This document shows, one piece after another, positions 30,511 through 40,797 of a stretch of DNA of 64,000 nt. The notes under the pieces are model-generated. The model made no database searches. It had not been told where the DNA came from and worked only from the letters and a program-made list of their open reading frames with translations. This DNA comes from an uncultured Methanomassiliicoccales archaeon (GTDB lineage Archaea > Thermoplasmatota > Thermoplasmata > Methanomassiliicoccales > UBA472): assembly GCA_963732855.1 (NCBI GenBank), contig CAVTBB010000005.1, forward strand, positions 279,663 to 343,662. The letters run 5' to 3'. Position 1 is the stretch's first letter; every line of letters starts with the position of its first letter. The position numbers and the translations under genes are program-made.

Positions 30511-33500
30511 ATGAACAAAATGGTAAAATATGGTGAATGTTCGAGGCAATCTTTGGGTCCGGGTGTAACTTTGTTTGATATACTGGTCGTAGATGACGAG
30601 GAAGGCATTCTCGAGGCGACCAAAGATTATCTTGATCTGACTGGAACTTTCAGGATCGATACCGCTACCTCCGCCAAGGAGGGTTTGAGGCTCGTCAGTC
30701 GCAAGCAATACGACGTTATCGTTTCTGACTATCAGATGAACGAGATGAATGGCATCGAGTTCCTCAAGACGCTGAGGAAGAGCGGTGATCGGGTCCCATT
30801 CATCCTTTTCACCGGCCGCTGCCACCAGGAGGTGGCATTGGAGGCGTTGAACTGCGGGGCCAATTTCCTCGTCATCAAGGGCGGCGATGAGAACGACACC
30901 AGCATGGCCGAGCTCATGATGGCGGTCAAGGCCATGACGGAACGCCGCATGGAAGAGATCGCTCTCAAGCGCAGCCTGGAACGGTTCAAGCGCATATATG
31001 GCGAACTTCCAGTGGGTATCGAGGTATTCGACAAGGAAGGGGTGCTCATCGACCTGAACGATGCTGCCCTTAAAATATTGGGAGTCTCCGACCCGAACCA
31101 GATCAAGGGGCTTAACATCTTCCGAGATCTCGAGCTATCGGACGAGGTTAAGCGGAGGATCAGACGCGGCGAATCGATAATCCATTGTTCGACCATCGAC
31201 CTCGAGCTGTTGAAACGTGTTCACGGGGTGCAATCGAGTCGTTCTGACCTCATCTACGTCGAACGAATGGTCACCCCATTAACGGGCTTAGGTCAATCCA
31301 ACGATGGGTTCTTCATGCAGATCCGAGAGATCACCGAGAAGAAGCACGAAGAGGCCCAATTACATTATCAGGCTTATCTTATCGAGAATGTACACGACGC
31401 GATCGTCGCCACCGACAGCGACCACGTCATCAATTCTTGGAATGCGGCTGCCGAAAGGCTGTATGGATGGAGGTCAGAGGAGGTCCTGGGCAAGAGCGCG
31501 AAAGAACTCTTAAGAACCCACCGCCCGCACGAGTCGACGGACTTGGCATTCCTGCTGTTAGAGACGACCGGGAGCATGTGCGGTGAGGTCATCCAGGCCC
31601 GCAAGGACGGCGTGGAGATCGACATGGAGATGACGGCGATCGCCCTGAAGAACAGAAACGAACGGGTGACCGGATACGTGGGTGTGTTCAGGGATATCGC
31701 AGAGAGGATCAAGGCGAGGAACGACAGGGAGCATTCCTTCTCCTTGCTGAAAGCGACCTTGGAATCGACAGCCGATGGCATTCTTGCGATAGATGTCGAC
31801 GGAATGATTACCGCTCACAACGACCATCTCTTGGAGATGTGGGGCGTCCCCGTCGAAATAGCCAATAAGTGCAACGAGCAGAAAATTCTGGGAATAGCGG
31901 CCAGGCAAGTGAGGGACCCGGACGAATTCATGGCCGTGGTCAATCGATTAAGAATACAGAACCATCACGTCAGCCACGATGACGTCGAACTTCTGGATGG
32001 AAGGATATTCGAACGGCATTCCAGACCGCAGAAGCTTGGCGATAAGGTGGTCGGCAGGGTGTGGAGCTTCCGTGACGTCACCAAGAGGAGAAGGGCGGAG
32101 GAGAGGCTGCGGGACTCGGAGGAAATGCTCCGCTCGATCCTCAACTACTCCCCGGACGCGATCAACCTCATCGACATGGATGGAACGATCGTCGAATGCA
32201 ATCCGAGAGCCCTCGAATTGACCGGCCTGCAGAACAAGGACGAGATCATTGGTCACAATATGCTCGAAGCTATTTCCCCGGACGAACGGGAATCCATGAT
32301 GGAGAACATCAAGGAGCTCATCGCGGCGGGCAACGCTAACCGGCTCGAATACACCCTGGTGAAGATGAACGGTGAGCCCTATTTCGCTGAGGTGACCTCA
32401 TGGGCGGTAAAGGACAAGCTTGGAGATCCGGCACTCCTAGTGTCAATGACCAAGGACATCACCGACAGAAAGAAAGCCGAGGAAGAGCTCAGAAAGAGCC
32501 GGGAGAGATTGCTGGCCGCGCAGCGCATCGCCCACTTCGGATACTGGGAATACGATCTCCTCACCGATAAACTGTACATGTCCGATGAGGTCTTCGAGAT
32601 CCTGGGATACTCACCGCAGACTTTCCAGGCTACCTTTGCCAAGTTCATCCAACATATCCATCCGGAAGAGAGGACCCTCTTTGAAGGGGTTCTCAAGGAA
32701 TCGATCAACATGAATAGGGAGATCGATGCTGAGTTCCGGGCACTGAAGGCGGACGGCTCGGAAATCTGGCTTTATGATCGGTCCAAGCCGGTACTGGACA
32801 TATACGGTCGACCCAAGATGCTGATAGGCACTCTACAGGACATCACAGAGCGCAAGCACATCGAATCAGGCATTCATCTGTCGAACCGTAAGTTGAACCT
32901 TCTCGGGGCGGTGACTCGCCATGACGTCCTCAACATGCTCACGGTGCTCATGGGCAACATCGAACTGGCAACATCGATAGCGACGGATGACCGGACCAAG
33001 AAATACCTCACTCGGTCGAAGGAAGCAGCTTTGGTGATCCAGAAACAGATGGAATACACTCGCTCATATGAGGCCCTTGGATCGAAGGGTTCGAACTGGA
33101 TCAACGTGAGCAAGGTCCTCAGGTTCAACATGCCGCACCTGAACCTGAACGGCACCAAGGTCAACATGGAGATAGGAGACTTGGAGCTATTCGCCGATGC
33201 GATGATAGACAAAGCGCTCAGCAACCTGATGGAGAACTCGGTCCGGCACGGAGTGAAGGTCAAGAACGTCAACATATGGTGCCAGGAAGATGGCTGTGAC
33301 CTGAAACTGTACATCGAGGACGATGGCATCGGCATCGTGGATGACGAAAAAGAGATGATCTTCCGCCGCGGTTATGGCAAGCACACCGGTCTCGGCCTAA
33401 ATCTCACCAGGGAGATCCTGGGCATAACCGGCATGACGATCAAGGAAATTGGTCATCCCGGGGAAGGGGCATGCTTTGAGATATGCGTCCCGAGCGGCAA

Positions 33501-33570
33501 GTATCGTATTCATGGGGCGGAGATGCCCGAAGGGTCGGCACCTGCGCTAATGGAGACGTCGGGTCGGTAA
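30511..33570 (+). CDS. Hybrid receiver-multiPAS histidine kinase
   Basis: REC (ILVVDD, VSDYQM, LFTG), several PAS/PAC, VTRHDVLN H-box, NLMENSVRHG, DDGIG, GLGL. Confidence 0.93.
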   Translation: MNKMVKYGECSRQSLGPGVTLFDILVVDDEEGILEATKDYLDLTGTFRIDTATSAKEGLRLVSRKQYDVIVSDYQMNEMNGIEFLKTLRKSGDRVPFILFTGRCHQEVALEALNCGANFLVIKGGDENDTSMAELMMAVKAMTERRMEEIALKRSLERFKRIYGELPVGIEVFDKEGVLIDLNDAALKILGVSDPNQIKGLNIFRDLELSDEVKRRIRRGESIIHCSTIDLELLKRVHGVQSSRSDLIYVERMVTPLTGLGQSNDGFFMQIREITEKKHEEAQLHYQAYLIENVHDAIVATDSDHVINSWNAAAERLYGWRSEEVLGKSAKELLRTHRPHESTDLAFLLLETTGSMCGEVIQARKDGVEIDMEMTAIALKNRNERVTGYVGVFRDIAERIKARNDREHSFSLLKATLESTADGILAIDVDGMITAHNDHLLEMWGVPVEIANKCNEQKILGIAARQVRDPDEFMAVVNRLRIQNHHVSHDDVELLDGRIFERHSRPQKLGDKVVGRVWSFRDVTKRRRAEERLRDSEEMLRSILNYSPDAINLIDMDGTIVECNPRALELTGLQNKDEIIGHNMLEAISPDERESMMENIKELIAAGNANRLEYTLVKMNGEPYFAEVTSWAVKDKLGDPALLVSMTKDITDRKKAEEELRKSRERLLAAQRIAHFGYWEYDLLTDKLYMSDEVFEILGYSPQTFQATFAKFIQHIHPEERTLFEGVLKESINMNREIDAEFRALKADGSEIWLYDRSKPVLDIYGRPKMLIGTLQDITERKHIESGIHLSNRKLNLLGAVTRHDVLNMLTVLMGNIELATSIATDDRTKKYLTRSKEAALVIQKQMEYTRSYEALGSKGSNWINVSKVLRFNMPHLNLNGTKVNMEIGDLELFADAMIDKALSNLMENSVRHGVKVKNVNIWCQEDGCDLKLYIEDDGIGIVDDEKEMIFRRGYGKHTGLGLNLTREILGITGMTIKEIGHPGEGACFEICVPSGKYRIHGAEMPEGSAPALMETSGR

Positions 33571-33593
33571 TTCGGGTTCTAGGGCCGTCCCGT

Positions 33594-34556
33594 CTAAGGC
33601 AAAGCCACCGTTCCAGCGATGCGCAGCTTCCCGCCTTCCAGCTGGGTCAAGACCGCCCTGGAGCCGGGGGGATGGATCAAGCCCTTATCCAAAGACAATG
33701 TCAGGATCGGCCTCTTCCAATCATTCCCGTTGTCCACGCCCACAACCCGGGCAGGCACGAACTGCATCCAGTGGCAGACATGTAGAACCATTCCTTCCTT
33801 GATCGATGATGGCCAGTACTTGATCAGTTCCGCCTGCACTTTGAGGGTCGTCTCGACCTTTATGGATTCGTCATTGGTCAGAACGTATCCTCGGTCCAGT
33901 TCGTCCGCTTCGATGCCCTTCAGTGCGAGCCCGACCCGGTCTCCCCGAAAGGCCATATCGAAATCGTCATCGTGTTTCTGGATCGATCGGACCAGTGCCG
34001 ACTTTGCCGTCGGGAGAACCTTCAATGTCTCATGCTTCTTCACGCCTCCAGTGGCAACATAGCCGAGGATGACCGTGCCCACTCCCTTCACGTTGAAATG
34101 GTGATCGATGGGGATGGAGCCCACCTTGGTCTGTGACAGGTCCGGTTGGAGCTTGGCCGCCATACCCATCAACATCTCCCTTATTTCGACCGGGTTGTTC
34201 TCTATATACTGGTACTTCTCCAGCTTAGTCCCCTTGATGAACGGTGCTATCTTATCTGGGGTGATGTAATTACGCAGGACGAAGAACCCCTGCTCGACCC
34301 CGGCACAATCCAGCATCAATATGCACTCGCCCAGTTGGGCATTGATCTCATCGACCACGAACAATGCCACATTGGCCATCGAGACCGAGTAGAACAGAGA
34401 GTTTATACGTTCTGGGTACTTCGTCGGCTCGATAAGGGTTACCGTGTCCTGGTCCTTCTTCATGTCATAGAGAGTGATGTCCGTGGAAGTCCCCTTCTTG
34501 GCCAGGTCCTTGGCGTAATCAATTGGCCCGATCATAGCGACATTGAGGTTTCCCAT
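33594..34556 (-). CDS. Archaeal SelB-like factor (aSelBL; EF-Tu domain II/III, degenerate G-domain)
   Basis: KKGTSTDITLY, PIDHHFNVKGVGTVILG, VRSIQKHD, GDRVGLALKG; no GxxxxGKT. Confidence 0.85.
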   Translation of the reverse strand: MGNLNVAMIGPIDYAKDLAKKGTSTDITLYDMKKDQDTVTLIEPTKYPERINSLFYSVSMANVALFVVDEINAQLGECILMLDCAGVEQGFFVLRNYITPDKIAPFIKGTKLEKYQYIENNPVEIREMLMGMAAKLQPDLSQTKVGSIPIDHHFNVKGVGTVILGYVATGGVKKHETLKVLPTAKSALVRSIQKHDDDFDMAFRGDRVGLALKGIEADELDRGYVLTNDESIKVETTLKVQAELIKYWPSSIKEGMVLHVCHWMQFVPARVVGVDNGNDWKRPILTLSLDKGLIHPPGSRAVLTQLEGGKLRIAGTVALP

Positions 34557-34580
34557 GCTGGCGAATATGACAGGACAGGT

Positions 34581-34592
34581 TTAAGGGTTTTC
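34581..34592 (-). promoter_or_regulatory. BRE-TATA element GAAAACCCTTAA upstream of aSelBL
   Basis: Its ATG-proximal edge is 25 nt from the start; an identical 12-mer lies at the same distance upstream of the Lrp gene. Confidence 0.55.
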
Positions 34593-34650
34593 GCCCCCGG
34601 CGAAGTGCCGATAGACCATCCAGACCTGGAGAATATATCTAAAACGATCA

Positions 34651-36216
34651 TTGGAACAGGTGAAAGTTGATCACGATATTCCTAATGATTCTGGAACAGT
34701 CGAATTTATGATTGAAAAGGTCCATGATATCCCGCTGGCGGTGTTTTTATTGTTGGACAAGATCGACCTATCAAAGAAACTGGAGGACAAAGAATTCTCC
34801 AGGCGGATGGAAGACTTGACCCCGAGATTAGGAGAGATGCAACGCCTGGCACGTGATGCCAATAAGCCGATCATGGTCGTCTTCGAAGGATGGGACACCA
34901 CTTGCATGAGCAAGGCCATCAACGACTACACTAGATGTCTAGACCCCCGTGGGTTCGATCTCTATTCTATCGGCGATCCATCAGAGGGAGAGAGGGCGAG
35001 ACCTTTCATTTGGCGATTTTTCGTGAAGACCCCAGAAAAGGGGAGGTTCGCCATTTTCGACCGATCCTGGTACTCAAGGACACTGGAGGAAAGGGTGGAA
35101 GGCAAAAAGGGGGATAAGGCATCACCAAGGGCATTGGAGGAGATCAAAGATTTCGAAAGGCAGTTGACAGCAGATCATTACACCATCATCAAGTTCTTCC
35201 TTCACATGAGCAAGAAAGAACACCGGAAACGCCTCGAGAAAGGAAACGGAAAGCGGTGCATCGTCTCCAGGGACGGACTGGACCATCATAAGGAATACGA
35301 GAAATATCTCCCTGCCATCGAGGACATCCTGTCAAAGACAAATACGCCCAACTCTCCGTGGACGATAATCGAGGCAGAAGATGACAACCATGCACTGGTC
35401 CAGATTGTCTCTTCAACCATCAATATCATCAAGGCAACCGTGGAAAGGAAGAACGACAGCGATTGGGCCTCCATGCCGGACGAGACCAGATACCCGTTCG
35501 GAACTACGACGCTGAAGAACCTGGACCTATCGGTGTCGATCAGTCCCAATGAGTACAAATCGACCTTGAACAAGCTCCAGGAAAAACTAGGTGAACTTCA
35601 ATGCCGGTGCTATAAAGAGAAGGTCCCGCTCATCATCGCGATGGAAGGTTGGGATGCGGCGGGAAAGGGCGGCAACATACTCCGCCTGACGGACAACCTC
35701 GATCCCAGAGGATACAGGGTCGTGCCCATCTCCGTGCCCAACGACATCGAGCTCAACCATCACTATCTTTGGCGGTTCTACATGAAGTTCCCAGAGGCGG
35801 GACATATATCCATCTTCGACCGGACCTGGTATGGAAGGGTGCTTGTGGAACGGGTGGAGAACATCACCCAGCCGGCGGATTGGAGACGAGCCTATACTGA
35901 GATCAACGAGACAGAGGAAATGCTGACCGATGCCGGGGCGGCCATAGTGAAGATATGGCTCCAGATCGACAAGGAAACCCAGCTGCAGCGCTTCCAGGAA
36001 AGGGAGAACGACGATCTCAAGAAATGGAAGATCACCCCGGACGACTGGCGCAATCGCGAGAAATGGAACCAGTATGAGCTCGCTGTGGAAGAGATGCTGA
36101 TGAGGACATCGACCAAGAAGGCGCCTTGGACGGTGGTGGAATCCGACGATAAGTACTACTCCAGGATAAAGGTGCTCAAGACGGTAATCGAAGCGGTCGA
36201 GAAAAGATTGACCTGA
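34651..36216 (+). CDS. pap: Two-domain PPK2, polyphosphate:AMP phosphotransferase
   Basis: Two PPK2 domains: FEGWDTTCMS (degenerate) and MEGWDAAGKGG; FDRSWY/FDRTWY; WKITPDDW. True start may be about 34741. Confidence 0.9.
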   Translation: MEQVKVDHDIPNDSGTVEFMIEKVHDIPLAVFLLLDKIDLSKKLEDKEFSRRMEDLTPRLGEMQRLARDANKPIMVVFEGWDTTCMSKAINDYTRCLDPRGFDLYSIGDPSEGERARPFIWRFFVKTPEKGRFAIFDRSWYSRTLEERVEGKKGDKASPRALEEIKDFERQLTADHYTIIKFFLHMSKKEHRKRLEKGNGKRCIVSRDGLDHHKEYEKYLPAIEDILSKTNTPNSPWTIIEAEDDNHALVQIVSSTINIIKATVERKNDSDWASMPDETRYPFGTTTLKNLDLSVSISPNEYKSTLNKLQEKLGELQCRCYKEKVPLIIAMEGWDAAGKGGNILRLTDNLDPRGYRVVPISVPNDIELNHHYLWRFYMKFPEAGHISIFDRTWYGRVLVERVENITQPADWRRAYTEINETEEMLTDAGAAIVKIWLQIDKETQLQRFQERENDDLKKWKITPDDWRNREKWNQYELAVEEMLMRTSTKKAPWTVVESDDKYYSRIKVLKTVIEAVEKRLT

Positions 36217-36393
36217 GACCTGGAGGGAAGGTCTCTGGCACAAGGCCAGTATCCTTCGTGAGAGGGGATATTCGGGTAAACAACGTTGCCCAGAAAGACC
36301 CACAAAATATGTGTCGACTCAAAGTCGGCTTAGAACCGATGTCTATATTACCATTGCGTGTGTTGGTGGGATATGGCGCACAGCCCCGGTATA

Positions 36394-36531
36394 ATGTTAG
36401 ACAGTCAAGTGAAAGGACGATTCAGACCGGTTTATTGTAAGGAGAAGCGAGATATCTGCCGGACCAAGAAGTGCCAGTCCTATGACCCGCACAAGCAGAA
36501 ATGCACGCTCCTCAACATCGAACTGAATTGA
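36394..36531 (+). CDS. Unannotated 45-aa Cys-rich small protein
   Basis: Manual translation MLDSQVKGRFRPVYCKEKRDICRTKKCQSYDPHKQKCTLLNIELN*; C-x6-C-x4-C-x9-C; TATA-like CTATATT about 50 nt upstream. Confidence 0.55.
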   Translation: MLDSQVKGRFRPVYCKEKRDICRTKKCQSYDPHKQKCTLLNIELN

Positions 36532-36736
36532 GCACCACCTAATTTTCCTTCCCTAGTTTCCGGAGCCTGTCGTTCGGCGGACAACATGCGGACCTCGATC
36601 AACATCTCACCACGATCACCCCAGACAGAATGGGAATCGATGGTGCTTGAAGCGTTCTTCAACATCAAGATATGGTTCTTCTAACCATCAACATGAATTA
36701 GATGCTACCATCGAATGGATGGTGGGGGGGACATTG

Positions 36737-37018
36737 ATGGAAATTACCAAGAACCTGGAGATGGGGGAAGAATTTACCATATCCTTGGAAGAGAATGCCC
36801 CCACTGGCTTTCGGTGGGTGGCGTCCCTCGACAGTTCATTTCTCAAACTGACCGGTAAGAAATATCAGAAAAAGAACAAGGCGATTGGGGGCGGGGGGAC
36901 CATTGATTTCAAGTTCCTACCATTGAAAATGGGAAAGACCGTTTTACAGCTCAGGCTGCTCCGCCCATGGGAGGGAGAGGCGATCAATGTTCTGGACTAC
37001 AAGATCGTAATCTCGTAG
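36737..37018 (+). CDS. Protease inhibitor I42 (chagasin) family
   Basis: LEENAPTGFRW, GGGGT, LRPWE; likely start ATG 36737. Confidence 0.85.
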   Translation: MEITKNLEMGEEFTISLEENAPTGFRWVASLDSSFLKLTGKKYQKKNKAIGGGGTIDFKFLPLKMGKTVLQLRLLRPWEGEAINVLDYKIVIS

Positions 37019-37206
37019 TCAAGTGTTTATAAAAGAGATTCACGGATTATTGTGGCTCATACTATCCCATCCTCTTGTTTCCGATTCCGGAATAAAAATT
37101 TCATAATAAATCCAGAACGATTTCCATTCGGTCTAATGGGTGATTTGACAGGAACCATAATCATATAAGGCAGAGTCAATATCGGACAAACAAATAAAGA
37201 GAAAAC

Positions 37207-38631
37207 GTGAATTTAATGACCGCGACTTTCGAATCACTAAACCTTGAACCGTTCATCATGAAGGCCATCGAAAAGATGGGCTTCGAAGAACCGACGCCAG
37301 TGCAGGTCGAGACGATCCCCCTCCTCATGGAAGGGAGGGATGTCATGGCCCAAGCCCAGACCGGCACCGGAAAAACAGCAGCGTTCGGGATCTCGATCCT
37401 GCAGAAGATGACCTGCGGCAGAAAGCCGTCAGCCCTAATTTTGGTCCCGACCAGGGAGTTGGGGGTGCAGGTGGCCGCTGAGATCAGCCGCCTGGCAGAG
37501 TTCATGAAGGGCGTGAGCGTGCTCCCCATCTATGGCGGGCGCTCATTGGACGAACAGTTCCGTGCCCTCGAAAGGGGTGTGGACATCGTCGTCGCCACTC
37601 CCGGCCGTCTTATGGACCATATGCAGAGACGGACCATTGACCTGAGCGAGGTTCAATTCCTTGTCCTGGACGAAGCGGACCGTATGCTGGACATGGGTTT
37701 CATAGAGGACATCGACTATATCCTTTCGAAGCTCCCGAAGGAGCGCCAGTCGATGCTGTTCTCAGCGACTATCCCTGAATCGGTGAGGAAGATCGCGGGA
37801 CAGCACATGCGCGACCCGATCAGGGTCATCATCAGCGAGGATAAGCTCGTTCTCCCTTCCACCAGACAGATCTACTTCAACATCGAGAGGAAGAACAAGA
37901 TATGGGCGCTGTGCAGGGTGCTTGACAAGTTCCAACCGAAAGCGATGGTGTTCGCCCAGACCAAAATGATGGTCAACACCATTGAACGGGTCCTAAAATC
38001 CTATGGTTATCCGGTGGCAGCGATCCACGGCGATCTGACCCAATCGAGGCGTGAGAAAGTGCTCACGGACTTCAGAGCCGGAAAGATCCAGGTATTGGTG
38101 GCGACAGACGTGGCCGCCCGAGGACTGGACATCGAGGATGTCACCCACGTCATCAACTTCGACATCCCGGAGGACCCAGAAGTCTATGTTCACCGTATCG
38201 GCAGGACTGGCCGAGCGGGCAAGGAAGGCGTGGCTATCACGTTCATCACCGCCCGCGAGATGTATCTACTGAAGAAGATCAAGGAGTTCGGCGTCGTGGA
38301 GATGTTGGAGGAGCCAGTCCCCGAATCGGGCCAGAAGGACATGGTCCGGCGCGTGGTCGATTTTGAGGCTTACTCGGATATCTTCGGAATGGTGAAGTTC
38401 CGCGTCTCCCTCGGCGAGAAGGACCATATCCGCTCGATCGATATCGTCGACATCCTGGCCCGGAGGCTTAAGGTGAACGAGATGTCCATCGGCAATATCG
38501 AGATCCATGACGACTACACGGAGGTCGAAGTGCACAAGGATGCTGCCTCCAAGGCATTGGCCGGATTGCGCTCGATGGACGTGAACGGGAAGAAGCTCCA
38601 TGTCGACATGGTGCCCGTCAAGAACTTCTAG
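37207..38631 (+). CDS. DEAD-box RNA helicase with C-terminal DbpA-type RNA-binding domain
   Basis: Q motif, AQTGTGKT, PTREL, DEAD, SAT, ARGLD, HRIGRTGR. Confidence 0.96.
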   Translation: MNLMTATFESLNLEPFIMKAIEKMGFEEPTPVQVETIPLLMEGRDVMAQAQTGTGKTAAFGISILQKMTCGRKPSALILVPTRELGVQVAAEISRLAEFMKGVSVLPIYGGRSLDEQFRALERGVDIVVATPGRLMDHMQRRTIDLSEVQFLVLDEADRMLDMGFIEDIDYILSKLPKERQSMLFSATIPESVRKIAGQHMRDPIRVIISEDKLVLPSTRQIYFNIERKNKIWALCRVLDKFQPKAMVFAQTKMMVNTIERVLKSYGYPVAAIHGDLTQSRREKVLTDFRAGKIQVLVATDVAARGLDIEDVTHVINFDIPEDPEVYVHRIGRTGRAGKEGVAITFITAREMYLLKKIKEFGVVEMLEEPVPESGQKDMVRRVVDFEAYSDIFGMVKFRVSLGEKDHIRSIDIVDILARRLKVNEMSIGNIEIHDDYTEVEVHKDAASKALAGLRSMDVNGKKLHVDMVPVKNF

Positions 38632-38648
38632 AATCAGAAAAAAATATT

Positions 38649-38674
38649 CCTTCGGGGCACCAGGCCCCGCAAGG
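38649..38674. terminator. Bidirectional hairpin terminator between convergent genes
   Basis: CCTTCGGGGC-ACCAG-GCCCCGCAAGG with an A-run shortly upstream and a T-run immediately downstream. Confidence 0.6.
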
Positions 38675-38680
38675 TTTTTC

Positions 38681-39988
38681 TCACCGCTTCTTGCCAGGAT
38701 AGTTGATAAGTGACGACCATCCGCTCTTCTTGCCCGGTCTCTTCGGCATGCCAGTCAGTACAATGTCCTTCTTGAACATGCTGACCGCGATGAACATGGT
38801 CACAGACGCAAATATCGCTTCGTAGACTATGCCGGCGATTACGATACCGCTATTGCCGAACATCAGCGATCGCATCGCGATCATCGGGTGCGAGAACGGG
38901 ATTGCGAAGACCAATGCCTGGCCAATGAATGGCAGCGTATCGAAGTCGGAGAAGATCAGCACGAACATGGGAATCAGTGCCAGGAACGTGATCGGCATCG
39001 TCATCGACTGGGCTGCCTTGTAGTTCTTGGTGAAGATGCCAAGCAGCATGCACAAGGCCAGCGCCGAGATCAACGCCAGGAACAGAGATATTCCCACCAG
39101 CACATAGTCTAGCAGGTTCAGCCCGATCCCGTACTTGCCCAGGTCTATCGCCGCCGACGCGGTCAGGGAACCCATGTAGTAACCCATGCCGATCATGTAG
39201 ATGACCGCCATGATCAGGCCGACGATCGCTGCGCCGGCCAGCTTGCCGACCACGATCGAAGTGCGGCTTACCGGCAACGTCAGCAACGTCTCCAGGGTCT
39301 TGTTCTCCTTCTCGGTTCCCATGGAGGTGATGACCATTCCCCCGGCCATGATGACCACCATGACGATGATCAGCGGGACGATGATACCCTGTCCAGACAT
39401 GACCGAGGATATCTCAGCAGGCGAAATGCCAGTCATCACACGGTCCTTGAACACGGTCGTCTCGGACAGGTGGGTTGGGTCGAGTACTACCGTCGAGGCC
39501 ACAGGGACCTTGTTCTCGATCAAGTAAGTCGAGACCTTGTAGTTCATCTGGTTGATGGAAAGTCCAACGACCGACGACTGCACCCCTTCAAGGGCGCCTG
39601 CACCTCTCATGATCCAATACACTTGCACGATGGCCGATTGGTTGGTTGAGATCCGTTGACTGAAATTTGCAGGGAATATTATCAGCGCGGCGCCACCATC
39701 GGACTGTACTTTGTTTAGGCCTTCCTGGACCTTCGCTTGGTCCGTGCCGTTGTATGAGTAGATGATCTTCGAAGTGCTGTTCAGCGAGGAGAACGCCACA
39801 CCGGAAAGGTCTGATTGACCTTGATCGATGACGCCGATAACGGGCTTCTCCGTCAATCCCTGCTGAACCCCCCCGATGACACCGCCCAATGAGGCAAAGA
39901 CCACCGCCATGATTATAATCGGAATGATCGTGGCTGGCGTTAGCAGCTCCTTGACTTCTTTCTTGATGATGTTACCGATGCTGCTCAT
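38681..39988 (-). CDS. ABC-2 type permease (NatB-like)
   Basis: IIKKEVKELL, EKENKTLETLLTLPVSRTSIVVGK, multi-TM. Confidence 0.92.
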   Translation of the reverse strand: MSSIGNIIKKEVKELLTPATIIPIIIMAVVFASLGGVIGGVQQGLTEKPVIGVIDQGQSDLSGVAFSSLNSTSKIIYSYNGTDQAKVQEGLNKVQSDGGAALIIFPANFSQRISTNQSAIVQVYWIMRGAGALEGVQSSVVGLSINQMNYKVSTYLIENKVPVASTVVLDPTHLSETTVFKDRVMTGISPAEISSVMSGQGIIVPLIIVMVVIMAGGMVITSMGTEKENKTLETLLTLPVSRTSIVVGKLAGAAIVGLIMAVIYMIGMGYYMGSLTASAAIDLGKYGIGLNLLDYVLVGISLFLALISALALCMLLGIFTKNYKAAQSMTMPITFLALIPMFVLIFSDFDTLPFIGQALVFAIPFSHPMIAMRSLMFGNSGIVIAGIVYEAIFASVTMFIAVSMFKKDIVLTGMPKRPGKKSGWSSLINYPGKKR

Positions 39989-40701
39989 TGTACCGCCCTC
40001 ACGAACACTTCCTCGATGTTTGGAACTTTATACTTCTCCTTGAGCTCGGTCGGAGAACCCATCTCGATAATCTTGCCATCATCGATGAGTGCGATCCGGT
40101 CGCACATGAGCTCCACCTCGAGCATATTGTGCGAGGACAGCAGTACGGTCGTACCTTCCTTGACGGTGTTCTTGACCGTGCGCCTGACCTCCTGCGCATT
40201 AAGAACGTCGAGCCCGGATGTCAGCTCGTCCAATATTGCCAGCTTCGGGCTGATCATGAGCGCCCTGGCGACCAGGAGGCGGCGGGCCATTCCCTTGCTG
40301 TAGGTCTCGACCTTATCATCGATCCTCTCGTCCAGCCGTGCGATCTGCAGTCCGCGCTCGACCATATGCTTTTGTTCAGCGCTCTCGCCGAAAAAGGCAG
40401 CTATGAACTCAAGATAATCCCGCCCGCTCAAGTTCTTGTATGCCCCAGCGTCCTCCGGGAGGTAGCTGATGATCTTTCTCACCTCATCGGCTTCGGTGGC
40501 TAGATCGTGGCCGAATACCTTGATCGAACCGGATGTGATCTGTAAAAGGGTGGCGAGGATCCTCAAAGTGGTGGTCTTTCCAGCCCCGTTCGGACCGATC
40601 AGGCCGAAGACCTCCCCCTCATTGACAGTGAACGATATCCCTTTGACGGCGGTTATGCCGCCGTAGCTTTTTACGAGGTCCTTTACCTCAATGGCGTACA
40701 T
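39985..40701 (-). CDS. ABC transporter ATP-binding subunit (NatA-like)
   Basis: GPNGAGKTT, YSKGM, LDELTSGLD, SSH; 4-nt overlap with the permease. Confidence 0.95.
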   Translation of the reverse strand: MYAIEVKDLVKSYGGITAVKGISFTVNEGEVFGLIGPNGAGKTTTLRILATLLQITSGSIKVFGHDLATEADEVRKIISYLPEDAGAYKNLSGRDYLEFIAAFFGESAEQKHMVERGLQIARLDERIDDKVETYSKGMARRLLVARALMISPKLAILDELTSGLDVLNAQEVRRTVKNTVKEGTTVLLSSHNMLEVELMCDRIALIDDGKIIEMGSPTELKEKYKVPNIEEVFVRAVQ

Positions 40702-40797
40702 CGATAATTCCCCCAGTTGACCGTAGTACCGGTCGAATCGGAATCGAAATTGGGATGATTAACTTTTTCCTGGTATCTATGACCCGGACATTGGGGA

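Noticed and set aside
34651-35500. Degenerate Walker A in the first PPK2 domain as a novelty
   Set aside because: An inactive N-terminal domain is already known for two-domain PPK2 enzymes.
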